Assembly (NCBI GenBank): GCA_964343575.1
Contig: CAYFJV010000001.1
Span: forward strand, 596,705-660,704
Length of the DNA: 64,000 nucleotides
DNA from: an uncultured Methanosarcinales archaeon
GTDB taxonomy: Archaea; Nanobdellota; Nanobdellia; Woesearchaeales; GW2011-AR9
Direction of reading: 5' to 3'
The stretch's first letter is position 1, and the number at the start of each line of letters is the position of its first letter. Positions 55,484-64,000 of this stretch are shown piece by piece. The notes under the pieces are model-generated. The model was not told the origin of the DNA and searched no databases. It saw only the letters and a list, made by a program, of their open reading frames with translations. The position numbers and the translations under genes are program-made.

Positions 55484-58400
55484 ATGGTTGAATCAGTACG
55501 CATCAAGTTTAAAGGAGAAGACAAGGTATCACCTGCACTTAACAAGATCAATGCAGGCGTTGGTAGATTAACCTCTAAACTTGAAGGCACTGGCCGTATA
55601 TTCTCAAGTGTCAATAAGAAACTTCTCATTGGATTAGGTGCTATCGGTGCTGCTTTTACAGCACTAGGAGTCAAAGCTATCAAGAGCTTCGGTGAATTCG
55701 ATAGACAGATTAAAAGAGTTCAAGTTCTTGCAGGTGGTACTCAGAAAGACTTTGAAAGACTTGCTGATACTGCTTTCAAACTTGGATCAAGCACTGCTTT
55801 CTCAGCACAAGAAGTAGCAGAAGCATTTGAAGAATTTGCTAAAGCAGGTTTTAATGTTAATCAAATTCTGGAAGCATCAGAATCTACACTGGGTCTTGCT
55901 ACTGCAGGAAATCTCTCTTTATCGGAAGCAGTTAATATCGCTGTTGCTGCTTTGAATGCATTTGGAAGAGAGGCATCAGACACCAATAGTGTAGCTACTG
56001 TCTTAACAACCACGTTTACAAATTCTGCTCTTACTTTGCAGGATTTAGGTCAGTCATTAAAGTTCGTTGCTCCTTTAGCAGCTAATTTAGGAATTAGTTT
56101 AGAAGAGGTTAGCGCATCTCTTGGAACTCTTGCACAGGTTGGGATTCGTGGAAGCATTGCAGGTACAAGTTTAAACCAGGCAATGCTTCGATTACTGAAG
56201 CCCAGCGAGAAAGCAGCTGAAGTAACAGAAGATTTGGGAGTGAATTTCTTTACACTTAATGAATCTGCACAAGCAGCACAAGCAACAATTCAAGCTACAA
56301 AAGATCAGTTCAATGTTCTTAGAGAAGAAGTCAGACAAAGCGATATAGAAGTTGCTAATCTCGGTGCTCAACTTGCATCAGCTAAAAGAGAGTTGAAAGC
56401 ATTTGGCAAAGAATCAGATTCAACAGAGGGTGTATCAAAAAGTGTTAGCGGATTGCAGACATTATTTGATGATGCAAGATTAAGAAATCAAGAGTTACGA
56501 GAATCTCTTGAAGCTCAAGAAAAAGAGTTTGACGCATTGCGAAGACAAGTAAGAGAGGGTTCTCAGGACTTTGTTGGATTGCGAGATGCTACCAGGCAAC
56601 TTAACGATGCTTTTGCTGAGGTAAATGCTTCTACTGTCCAGAAAGCTACTGCTCTTGTAGAGATATTTGGGGTTAGAGGTGCACGTTCTGTTCTGACGCT
56701 TACTAAGGAGTTGGGCGAGTTTGATAAATTATTCAATTTGATTACAGCAACAGAATTACGGACAGAACTTGTTGATGAATCGTCATTGCGTGCTGCACTT
56801 TCAGCACAAGATAGTTTCGCAAGAGAGTTCGGCATTACATTTGAGGATCTCATTAAAGATATCGAGAAAGTTCCAGAGGGTGTAGATAAGGCATTAAGAG
56901 ATTCTGCTTTGGATGAGCGTGCAAGAGGTATCTTTAGAAATTTAAGAAGAGAAGTACAAGACCTTGGCCTTGATGCTGAATCAATAGAAGCAGTATTAGC
57001 AGACTTCTTGCCTCTTGACTCTGTTAAAGATTTTAGGAAGATTATCCAGAGTACTGATGAAGATTTTGAAACATTTTTATCTAACATTAATGCAGCTAAT
57101 CAAGACGCTCAAACGTTAAACAAAACTCTTCTTAACAACTTAGGAAGTGCATTAGAAGAATTGCAAGATACTATTACAACAACATTTATCCGAATTGGTG
57201 GAGCTATTGCTCAACGATTAGACTTAACTAATGTTGTAAGGAATATCCAGCAAAGCATAGAGGATTTCTCAACAGGTGGAGGCGTTGAACAACTTGCAGA
57301 TAGACTTGTGAAAGTGTTTAGGGTAATAGGCAGTTTCTTCAGAGGAATTGGAAAAGGTTTCAAAGAAGTATTCACTCCTGATATTGTTATTGAACTTCGA
57401 GAAGCATTTGTAAGAAACTTTGGTGTGATCAAAGATGAAGCAACAGGTTTCGGCACTGTGCTTGGCAGAGTTCTTGGCAGCATTGTTAAGGGAGCTGCAC
57501 AACTGATCACCAGAATATTAAACACGAACTTAATTGAGAATGCCAGTAGTGCATTTAAGAAACTTGGAAGAATTTTAGAAAAGATATCTCCCGCTATTGG
57601 TGCATTCGGAGCAGCATTCATTATTCTTTCACCAATCTTAGGGCCTTTGCTTTTCATTCTGAGTAAGATCGTTGGAGTTGCTGGTCTTTTCATTAGAGGC
57701 ATTCTTGGAGCTGGAAGAGCGGTGAGCGGTCTTTTAGGTGGAGCAAGCAAACTTACTACTGCACTTGGCGGAGTTGTTGGAAAAGTCACTGGAGTAGGTG
57801 CTGCTGCTTCTGGAGCTGCTACAACAAGCACAGGATTTTTAGCCAAACTCGGCGCTATAGGAGGAAGCATAAAAGCTATCTTCGCAGCAATAGGCAGTGC
57901 TATCGGAGTATCTGCTGGTGCTGCAGCTGCTATTGTTGTGGCTATAATTGGAACAGTTATCGGATTCATCAATCAAGTCAGACAGAACTTCTTAGGATTA
58001 GGAGACGACTTCAAAGTTATCTTTGGAGCTGTGGTCGGGATATTCAAGGCAGTAGGGTCTGCAATACTTGAGAATCTTAGAGATGTTGGCCAGCTGATCA
58101 AGCCGATATGGGAAGGTGTCAAAGAAACATTCAACGCATTGGGGAAGATACTTGCCAGTTTGGTTGCCATTGTCATTAAACCATTTGCTAATGGCTTACG
58201 AGAAGCAGGAGAGCAAGGCATCTCTGCATTTGATATTATCAAGGGATTGGTAACCGCACTATTTGTCCCCCTAAGAATAACTCTTACAGTTCTTGGCAGT
58301 GTTTTGAAAGCTGTTGGAGCAATCGTTAATTTTGTGGCAGAGATCATCGCTGGAATAGTTGAGTTTGGTTTTGTTGTTGCAGAAGCATTCAAGAAGTTTA

Positions 58401-59602
58401 GAACAGAAGGATTTTCAGCATTTAAAGAAGTTGGAGAAGTAGCAAAGAGAATAGGAATCTCTATCTTGAAATCATTTATTGGAGCAATTGATTCTATGAT
58501 CAATATCTTCATTGATCTCATTAATGAACTGATCAATGTCGCAAAGAAAATTCCTCTCCTTAACAAACTCATCGGAGATAACTTCAAAATTGATAGAAAT
58601 GTTCTGAGTAGTTTACTTGGTTTTGCTAAAGATGCTGAAAAAGCGGTTACTCCTCAAGTGCAAGCAGCACAACAAACTGGCACATCGTTCTTTAGTGCTG
58701 CGAAGACAACACTCGGAACAGAAGGTCAGACTGTAGTAGATGCAGCTGCTGATCCATTTAGACAAGTTACTCAAGAAGCAGCACAACTAGGTGCTCAAAC
58801 AGCATCTAACTTTGTGCAACCATTCACTGACCCAGTAAACATTGCACAATCTCAAGCATCTGTAAGATCAATATTTCCATCAAATGAAGAAGCACATCAA
58901 ATGGGTAGGAACTTTGGTGCCGCTTTCTTTACTGGCCTTGCCGAAGGAGCTCAGGAATTAGTAGAGATTTTCAACTCAAACATTAAGCCAGTTTTCACGA
59001 CGATGAATGATGCACTAAAAGAGTTTATTACTCTTTTCTTGAGAAGCTTGTTTAGCTTAAAGATTGTACCTATTTTCTTGGATAGTTTAGCAAGAAGAAT
59101 GTTTGACATCTTTGTTGGAGGATGGCGAACCATGTTTATCGCAGTGATTGATGTTACTGAGCAATCAGTTAATACTATGCTTGATAATCTCGAGAAGTTC
59201 TTCAATCAACTTGTGTCAGTTGTGAATAGGCTTATTGCTGAATACAACAGAGCAGCTGATGTTCTTGCGAGAGACATTACCAGGACAAGAACCAGAAGAG
59301 TTAGGAGGAGAACAAAGTCTGGTAAAGTTAGGACGAGAACTATCAGAACAAAAGAGATTCTTTTCAAAGGGGTGAATATTCCAAAACTTGCTCAGTTTAG
59401 TCCTGTTGATCTTCAATCTTTGCAGTTTCAGAGACCTGCTGTTCCAGCTCAATTACCTTCTCAACTTTCTACTGTTGAAGCTGGAGGCTTCACTGTAAAT
59501 ATTGAGAACTTTAATGCTTCGTCTGAAGCTGATAAGCAGAAACTCTTCGCAGAGATTGACGCTTTTATTGCTAAGAAACTTGGAGAGTTGGTGAGATTAT
59601 GA
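55484..59602 (+). CDS. tape measure protein (TP901-type)
   Basis: 1372 aa; LGSSTAFSAQEVAEA...AGF, GIRGSIAGTSL, Ala/Gly-rich amphipathic repeats. Confidence 0.93.
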   Translation: MVESVRIKFKGEDKVSPALNKINAGVGRLTSKLEGTGRIFSSVNKKLLIGLGAIGAAFTALGVKAIKSFGEFDRQIKRVQVLAGGTQKDFERLADTAFKLGSSTAFSAQEVAEAFEEFAKAGFNVNQILEASESTLGLATAGNLSLSEAVNIAVAALNAFGREASDTNSVATVLTTTFTNSALTLQDLGQSLKFVAPLAANLGISLEEVSASLGTLAQVGIRGSIAGTSLNQAMLRLLKPSEKAAEVTEDLGVNFFTLNESAQAAQATIQATKDQFNVLREEVRQSDIEVANLGAQLASAKRELKAFGKESDSTEGVSKSVSGLQTLFDDARLRNQELRESLEAQEKEFDALRRQVREGSQDFVGLRDATRQLNDAFAEVNASTVQKATALVEIFGVRGARSVLTLTKELGEFDKLFNLITATELRTELVDESSLRAALSAQDSFAREFGITFEDLIKDIEKVPEGVDKALRDSALDERARGIFRNLRREVQDLGLDAESIEAVLADFLPLDSVKDFRKIIQSTDEDFETFLSNINAANQDAQTLNKTLLNNLGSALEELQDTITTTFIRIGGAIAQRLDLTNVVRNIQQSIEDFSTGGGVEQLADRLVKVFRVIGSFFRGIGKGFKEVFTPDIVIELREAFVRNFGVIKDEATGFGTVLGRVLGSIVKGAAQLITRILNTNLIENASSAFKKLGRILEKISPAIGAFGAAFIILSPILGPLLFILSKIVGVAGLFIRGILGAGRAVSGLLGGASKLTTALGGVVGKVTGVGAAASGAATTSTGFLAKLGAIGGSIKAIFAAIGSAIGVSAGAAAAIVVAIIGTVIGFINQVRQNFLGLGDDFKVIFGAVVGIFKAVGSAILENLRDVGQLIKPIWEGVKETFNALGKILASLVAIVIKPFANGLREAGEQGISAFDIIKGLVTALFVPLRITLTVLGSVLKAVGAIVNFVAEIIAGIVEFGFVVAEAFKKFRTEGFSAFKEVGEVAKRIGISILKSFIGAIDSMINIFIDLINELINVAKKIPLLNKLIGDNFKIDRNVLSSLLGFAKDAEKAVTPQVQAAQQTGTSFFSAAKTTLGTEGQTVVDAAADPFRQVTQEAAQLGAQTASNFVQPFTDPVNIAQSQASVRSIFPSNEEAHQMGRNFGAAFFTGLAEGAQELVEIFNSNIKPVFTTMNDALKEFITLFLRSLFSLKIVPIFLDSLARRMFDIFVGGWRTMFIAVIDVTEQSVNTMLDNLEKFFNQLVSVVNRLIAEYNRAADVLARDITRTRTRRVRRRTKSGKVRTRTIRTKEILFKGVNIPKLAQFSPVDLQSLQFQRPAVPAQLPSQLSTVEAGGFTVNIENFNASSEADKQKLFAEIDAFIAKKLGELVRL

Positions 59603-59982
59603 AATTAACAGATGAAAATCAAACATCGGACTTGTTTGTGTTCAATGATACTAATAAGGCCATCACAACTTTAGAAACTAAAGATAAAATCATTTGGATA
59701 GAGCATGACATTCCAAACAAAACAGGAAACATAAGGCATTTTATGGGAACAGGCGATAACGATGTTGTTCTAACAGGACGATTATTTGGTGATCAATCAA
59801 GCAAAGCAACTAACAAAGGAACGCTTAGAAGTTTGGCACTAAATGGAACGATACTCTATCTTGACACAGAAGGTTACGAGGACGATCTAAATGGAAAGTA
59901 CGTTATCACAGAGATCGAAATTCCTGAACGTGGAGGAGAGGCGTGGGAATTTACGATTGTGCTTACACAATTCAATAATTGA
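59599..59982 (+). CDS. distal tail protein-like
   Basis: 127 aa after TMP; HFMG...LTG...GKYVITEI...WEFTIVL. Confidence 0.6.
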   Translation: MKLTDENQTSDLFVFNDTNKAITTLETKDKIIWIEHDIPNKTGNIRHFMGTGDNDVVLTGRLFGDQSSKATNKGTLRSLALNGTILYLDTEGYEDDLNGKYVITEIEIPERGGEAWEFTIVLTQFNN

Positions 59983-59984
59983 AA

Positions 59985-62540
59985 ATGGCAGAACCGCACA
60001 TACCTGTATTCAAAGTAAGTATAGACAACGGAGAAGGATTTCAACAGATTTCAAACCAGGTTATTAAATGGGATGCTAATGTAGCGGTAACTTCCAGAAC
60101 AAATACTGCTTCTCTTGATATTAATTATGATGCATTACAACAAATACAAGACTTTGATACTTCTGCTAGGTTGAAGATTGAAGCAGGATATGATGAAAAC
60201 AATTTGAAGCTTATCTTTGATGGATTAATTCGCAACATTAGGAAAGGAAATACTGATGAGAGTTTTGATGTTGAAGCTGATGACTATTCTGTTTACATGC
60301 TTGATCGTTTTATCACTGGTGCTTTTATTCAAACAAAAGCAGTAGACATTATTAAAGATATTATTCAGGATCAAATTCCAGAGTACACTTTTGATGAAAA
60401 TTCTTTTGATGATCATGAGTTTATTGTAGAGAACTATGCTTTTGAAGACAAGCCAATTAGTGATGTTATTGAATATCTCACTGATCTTATAGGTTTTAAT
60501 TTTTGGGTGGAGAGCGATGGTGCTAATGAGATTAAATTCTTCTGCAAGTTAAGAAAGAGTGTAAATTCAAATTTTGTGCTGGAACGTGGAAAGAACTTGA
60601 AGAATTTGATATTTATCGAAGATAAGTCTCAAATGTTCAATAGGGTTATCATTGAGGGTGACAAAAGAGAGTTTAATACTGAGGAAGGATTTCTCGGAGA
60701 TGGTTCAGGCAAAGAATTTACTGTGCGTTTCAAACCACGAAACGTGAGAATAACTATTGATGGTAATCAACTGCATGGTGGTATTGAAGGAGCTGCTACA
60801 AGTCCTGATTTCTTTGTTGATTTCTTCAATAGAAAGATAACTTTTGTTAATACTCCTGCCAATTTGGCAAATATAATTGTCACTTACAGTTATGATATCC
60901 CTATCAAAGTTGAGGCTACAGATTTCGCTTCCATTGCTCGTTATGGAGAGAAAGTCCAACTTATCAAAAATAAAAATATCAAAGAGAAATCAGAAGCAAG
61001 AAAGTATGCAAGAGAATACATCAAGCAATATGGTAAACCTCTTAACATTGCAGAAGCAGATGCACCAGCAAGCGTAGATTTTGATGTTGGCAATGTCATT
61101 ACAGTTATTGACTCTAATAAAGGAATTAACAGCAAGATGCAAGTGTTGGAATGCACTTACACTTTTTCAAAAAGAGATGGCTTTACTACTGTATTAAAAC
61201 TTGCTCAGACAGCGCAGACAGGATCATCAGTTCTCAAAGATATCATTCTGAGATTAAAACAAGTAGAAGAATTATTGAGGGGAGACGTTGAAATTGTTAC
61301 TAAGTTATCAACATTTGAAGAAACTATCACAATTAGAATTAAGAGAATTACTGCAAAGAAAAGAGAATTGCTTAAAGGATTCACTTACAGCAGAGAAGGG
61401 GTATGGAATAAGAAAGATTGGGGAGTTGAAAACCTTGCAGCATTTGAAACATTCTTTGAATTTGGTGATAAAGATGTTTTGCATACCGACACTGTAATCT
61501 TCCAAGAAGAGGAACTGAAAGTTGAAGTATTATTTAGCCCAGAACTTGACAAAGTTCTTGTCTGGAGTTTAGGCGAGTGGACTCAAGATTCATGGAGCGG
61601 AGAAACAGTGTTTGCCATCCCAACTCCAACTATTGAGAAGACTATCCTTGATGAATTGAAATCTGATCTTGAGAGAACTTCATTCCATCTCTCAGTGCAT
61701 CCAGACTTCAGCAACGCAACACTTTGGAGTCTGAATGGAGCAAGTCCTCCGCTATGGTCTAAGATAGGCTTTACCAAAACTCCTGTGCCTGGTGCTCCAA
61801 CCCCAATAACCCAAGAGAAAGAAGCAATTGACTTACTGTCCACTGCTGAAAGAGAGAGCATAGAACTAACGCTTGATCCTCAACTAGACACAAAGAACAA
61901 GTTATGGAGTTTCAACTATGTCTGGAGCGAAACAGGAGAAGAAATTCCTCTCATTGAACCTACGCATATCAAAGATGTAACTAATGATCTCTTGTCCAGT
62001 GAGCATATCTCTATGGAGTTTGAATTGCCTAGCTTCATGGATGATGAACTTGTTTACAGCAGGTCTCGGTGGAGCAAGAGTCCTACGATTGAGTTTACGC
62101 CAACCGCAAATATTATCTTGAAAGAAATAGATGAAGATATTGTCACAGGGGAAACTGTCTCCTTTAGACTCAATGAGTTGGAGGATGGATTCTTCTGGGG
62201 AATCAGAGCCTGGAGCACTGATGATTGGGGAAATATCCCTAAGAGTCTCGCTCAGCAGGACATACAGAACAGAATAGTACAGGATGATTTGGTTTCTGGA
62301 GAGGACGCCAGATTGGAGGTGTCATTTGAATCAGTCTTTAGAGGATGGGGCATAAAGCTCTGGAATCAAGACGGATGGGTGAAATTTGAACAACCAGCAG
62401 AACAGCCAGCCACTCACGATAAGTTTGAGGAAGAACTCCTAGTTGTTTCCGAAAGAGTAGGCTTCCAAAGCATCAATTCGCTTAATCAGCTGACGGATTT
62501 CATCAACTCAAAATCAAAATGGAGTGAAGCAGCATGGTAA
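59985..62540 (+). CDS. baseplate hub / tail tip protein with Trp-rich C-terminal repeats
   Basis: IEAGY...IFDGLI, NRVIIEG, SIARYG, DVGNVITV hub motifs. Confidence 0.75.
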   Translation: MAEPHIPVFKVSIDNGEGFQQISNQVIKWDANVAVTSRTNTASLDINYDALQQIQDFDTSARLKIEAGYDENNLKLIFDGLIRNIRKGNTDESFDVEADDYSVYMLDRFITGAFIQTKAVDIIKDIIQDQIPEYTFDENSFDDHEFIVENYAFEDKPISDVIEYLTDLIGFNFWVESDGANEIKFFCKLRKSVNSNFVLERGKNLKNLIFIEDKSQMFNRVIIEGDKREFNTEEGFLGDGSGKEFTVRFKPRNVRITIDGNQLHGGIEGAATSPDFFVDFFNRKITFVNTPANLANIIVTYSYDIPIKVEATDFASIARYGEKVQLIKNKNIKEKSEARKYAREYIKQYGKPLNIAEADAPASVDFDVGNVITVIDSNKGINSKMQVLECTYTFSKRDGFTTVLKLAQTAQTGSSVLKDIILRLKQVEELLRGDVEIVTKLSTFEETITIRIKRITAKKRELLKGFTYSREGVWNKKDWGVENLAAFETFFEFGDKDVLHTDTVIFQEEELKVEVLFSPELDKVLVWSLGEWTQDSWSGETVFAIPTPTIEKTILDELKSDLERTSFHLSVHPDFSNATLWSLNGASPPLWSKIGFTKTPVPGAPTPITQEKEAIDLLSTAERESIELTLDPQLDTKNKLWSFNYVWSETGEEIPLIEPTHIKDVTNDLLSSEHISMEFELPSFMDDELVYSRSRWSKSPTIEFTPTANIILKEIDEDIVTGETVSFRLNELEDGFFWGIRAWSTDDWGNIPKSLAQQDIQNRIVQDDLVSGEDARLEVSFESVFRGWGIKLWNQDGWVKFEQPAEQPATHDKFEEELLVVSERVGFQSINSLNQLTDFINSKSKWSEAAW

Positions 62541-63001
62541 TGGAACAAAAAAAAGATACACTCAAAGCAATCGGAACTGTAAACATGCAGGTTATCGATA
62601 AAGAAGGAAAAGTCATTGAGAGCATGACTGAAAACAAAGTCGTTGATACAGGCATCCAAGCAATGCTAAAACACATCAACGGGCAGGAAACCAGCACTAT
62701 CAGTTATTTCAAGATAGGAACTGGGACAACACAACCAACTGGAGCAGATATTGGAATGGAAATACCAGTTGACTTCGCTGTGGCAATTCCAACGAAGGTA
62801 TTTGACAGCGTTGTATTTCCCTCTCTAAGGGAAATGAAGTACCAACTGACAGTGGACTTCACCGAGGGCAACGGAAACACTCTTAGCGAAATTGGATTGT
62901 TCTTTGCAAATAACACCTTGTTCTCAAGGTTCTTGCATCAGGGAATCAACAAGACCAGCTTCATCAAAATAGTGTTTCAATACACCATAAAGATTGAATA
63001 A
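62534..63001 (+). CDS. tail fibre/baseplate attachment-type protein
   Basis: NKVVDTG...YFKIGTGTTQP...EGNGNTLSEIGLF. Confidence 0.6.
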   Translation: MVMEQKKDTLKAIGTVNMQVIDKEGKVIESMTENKVVDTGIQAMLKHINGQETSTISYFKIGTGTTQPTGADIGMEIPVDFAVAIPTKVFDSVVFPSLREMKYQLTVDFTEGNGNTLSEIGLFFANNTLFSRFLHQGINKTSFIKIVFQYTIKIE

Positions 63002-63014
63002 GGAGGATTAAATC

Positions 63015-63362
63015 ATGGCAATAACTAAAGTTGGAAGACAGCAACTTCTTCAAGCTTTGAATAGTCAGATCACTCATTTTGCTTTGGGAACAGCTCAAGA
63101 CACCGATAATGAGTTTGCTACTTCACTCGGTGCTGAACAGTTTAGAAAACCAGTTACAGCCAAAACTGTTGAAGAAGACACTAATAGCATTGATGTTGAA
63201 TGCTTCATCGGATCAACTGAAGGAAACGGTAATGATTTCAGCGAGTTAGGACTGCTTGATGCACCTAGCGGAGGGAGCCTGTTTGTGATCACGAACTTCC
63301 CTCCAGAGACCAAATCATCGCTCTTAGAGTGGTTGATAGATGTCGTGATTGAAATAAAATAA
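63015..63362 (+). CDS. paralogue of preceding tail protein
   Basis: ITKVGR...THFALGT...EGNGNDFSELGLL. Confidence 0.6.
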   Translation: MAITKVGRQQLLQALNSQITHFALGTAQDTDNEFATSLGAEQFRKPVTAKTVEEDTNSIDVECFIGSTEGNGNDFSELGLLDAPSGGSLFVITNFPPETKSSLLEWLIDVVIEIK

Positions 63363-63378
63363 TATTAAGAAAAAAATA
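63357..63378 (+). promoter_or_regulatory. viral promoter-like motif copy 3
   Basis: AAATAATATTAAGAAAAAAATA starting 35 nt before ATG 63392. Confidence 0.7.
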
Positions 63379-63391
63379 GGATGGTGATACT

Positions 63392-64000
63392 ATGGCCTAC
63401 GAAATCAAGAATAACGAAATTGCTTTTGCACCTGCTGTTGAGAATATCAACCGAGGACACAGGATTTTTGGAGTGAGTGACGAGAATAGTCATGAAGTTA
63501 TACCTTATCAAGATATGATTCTGCAAATACCTAGTGCTGGTCAGGTATGGATTAATGATGTGAGAAATGTTTGGCTTGATAGCGTTCAGGATAATTTTGA
63601 AGCTGGTGTTAGTGATTGGGAGACTAGCGGTCAATCAGCAGTGAGTGAAGAAATTTCTATCGTTCAAGAAGGAACAAAAGCTATGAAAATGACGTGGACT
63701 CATGATGGTCTTACTCAATTTGATAATCGAATTTTAAAGAAGTACAACACTATAGATTTCAAGTACAGGAATAAGTTAATCTTTTATTTCTATCCAGTTC
63801 TTGCTCTTCAAGATGCATTATATATTAGATACAGGAATAATAACAGCGAGTTTACCCTAGCTCAAGTTAATCCACTTGATGTAACTGCAGGTCAATGGAA
63901 TCTTATTGAGATTGATTTGCCAGCATCTGATGTGCAAAAGAACAAGTTCCAAGAACTTATCTTTGAGTTTGATGGTTTGCAGTGGACTGGTGTAACTCAT
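63392..64000 (+). CDS. putative tail fibre / receptor-binding protein, partial
   Basis: open to window end (MAYEIKNNEIAF...DNFEAGVSDW...EGTKAMKM...GQWNLIEIDL), CBM-like jelly-roll pattern; not in track. Confidence 0.6.
   Translation, partial: MAYEIKNNEIAFAPAVENINRGHRIFGVSDENSHEVIPYQDMILQIPSAGQVWINDVRNVWLDSVQDNFEAGVSDWETSGQSAVSEEISIVQEGTKAMKMTWTHDGLTQFDNRILKKYNTIDFKYRNKLIFYFYPVLALQDALYIRYRNNNSEFTLAQVNPLDVTAGQWNLIEIDLPASDVQKNKFQELIFEFDGLQWTGVTH

Larger units (their letters stand above)
28689..64000 (+). mobile_element. provirus, head-tail (Caudoviricetes, siphovirus-like); right end beyond window
   Basis: co-oriented TerS-TerL-portal-protease-scaffold-MCP-neck-tail tube-TAC-TMP-hub order plus replication module; left boundary approximate. 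Confidence 0.93.

Noticed and set aside
56563..59452. Long minus-strand ORFs within the tape measure gene
   Set aside because: Antisense shadows of Ala/Gly/Ile-rich coding sequence
1..64000. CRISPR array, tRNA, rRNA, integrase, transposase or reverse transcriptase/DGR
   Set aside because: No regularly spaced repeats, cloverleafs or catalytic motifs found by eye; short or divergent elements could have been missed
28884..64000. Gene transfer agent, encapsulin locus or contractile injection system
   Set aside because: Has its own helicase/primase, terminase, portal and tape measure, and no sheath gene; fits a siphovirus-like provirus

Overview
The window has two parts. (1) Bases 1 to ~28,680 are an archaeal chromosome: tRNA-splicing endonuclease, FEN1, fibrillarin, Trm5, TrmB, archaeal-type GluRS and TATA-like promoters, mixed with bacterial-type pfkB/fba/rpiB/rpe. 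This mix suggests a DPANN (Woesearchaeota-like) host, which is an inference. (2) From ~28,690 to the window end (right boundary not seen) lies an apparently intact head-tail provirus with siphovirus-like gene order. It has a replication module (SSB-like, MCM-like helicase, fused PriS-PriL-like primase, stand-alone GINS B-domain), an adenine MTase, ParB, TerS/TerL, a portal-MuF fusion, protease, scaffold, two tandem HK97-fold capsid paralogues, neck genes, tail tube, a frameshifted tail chaperone, tape measure, and hub/baseplate genes. Non-obvious signals: a 22-bp motif exactly 35 nt before three viral start codons, which also marks where two cargo insertions sit (a 9-gene cassette and a nucleotidyltransferase); a -1 frameshift candidate with a perfect 10-bp hairpin; an origin-like inverted repeat before the MCM; an unannotated ~165-nt structured RNA candidate beside gltX; and a long PurA resembling the trypanosomatid form. 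All family calls come from motif recognition by eye; no database searches were run.
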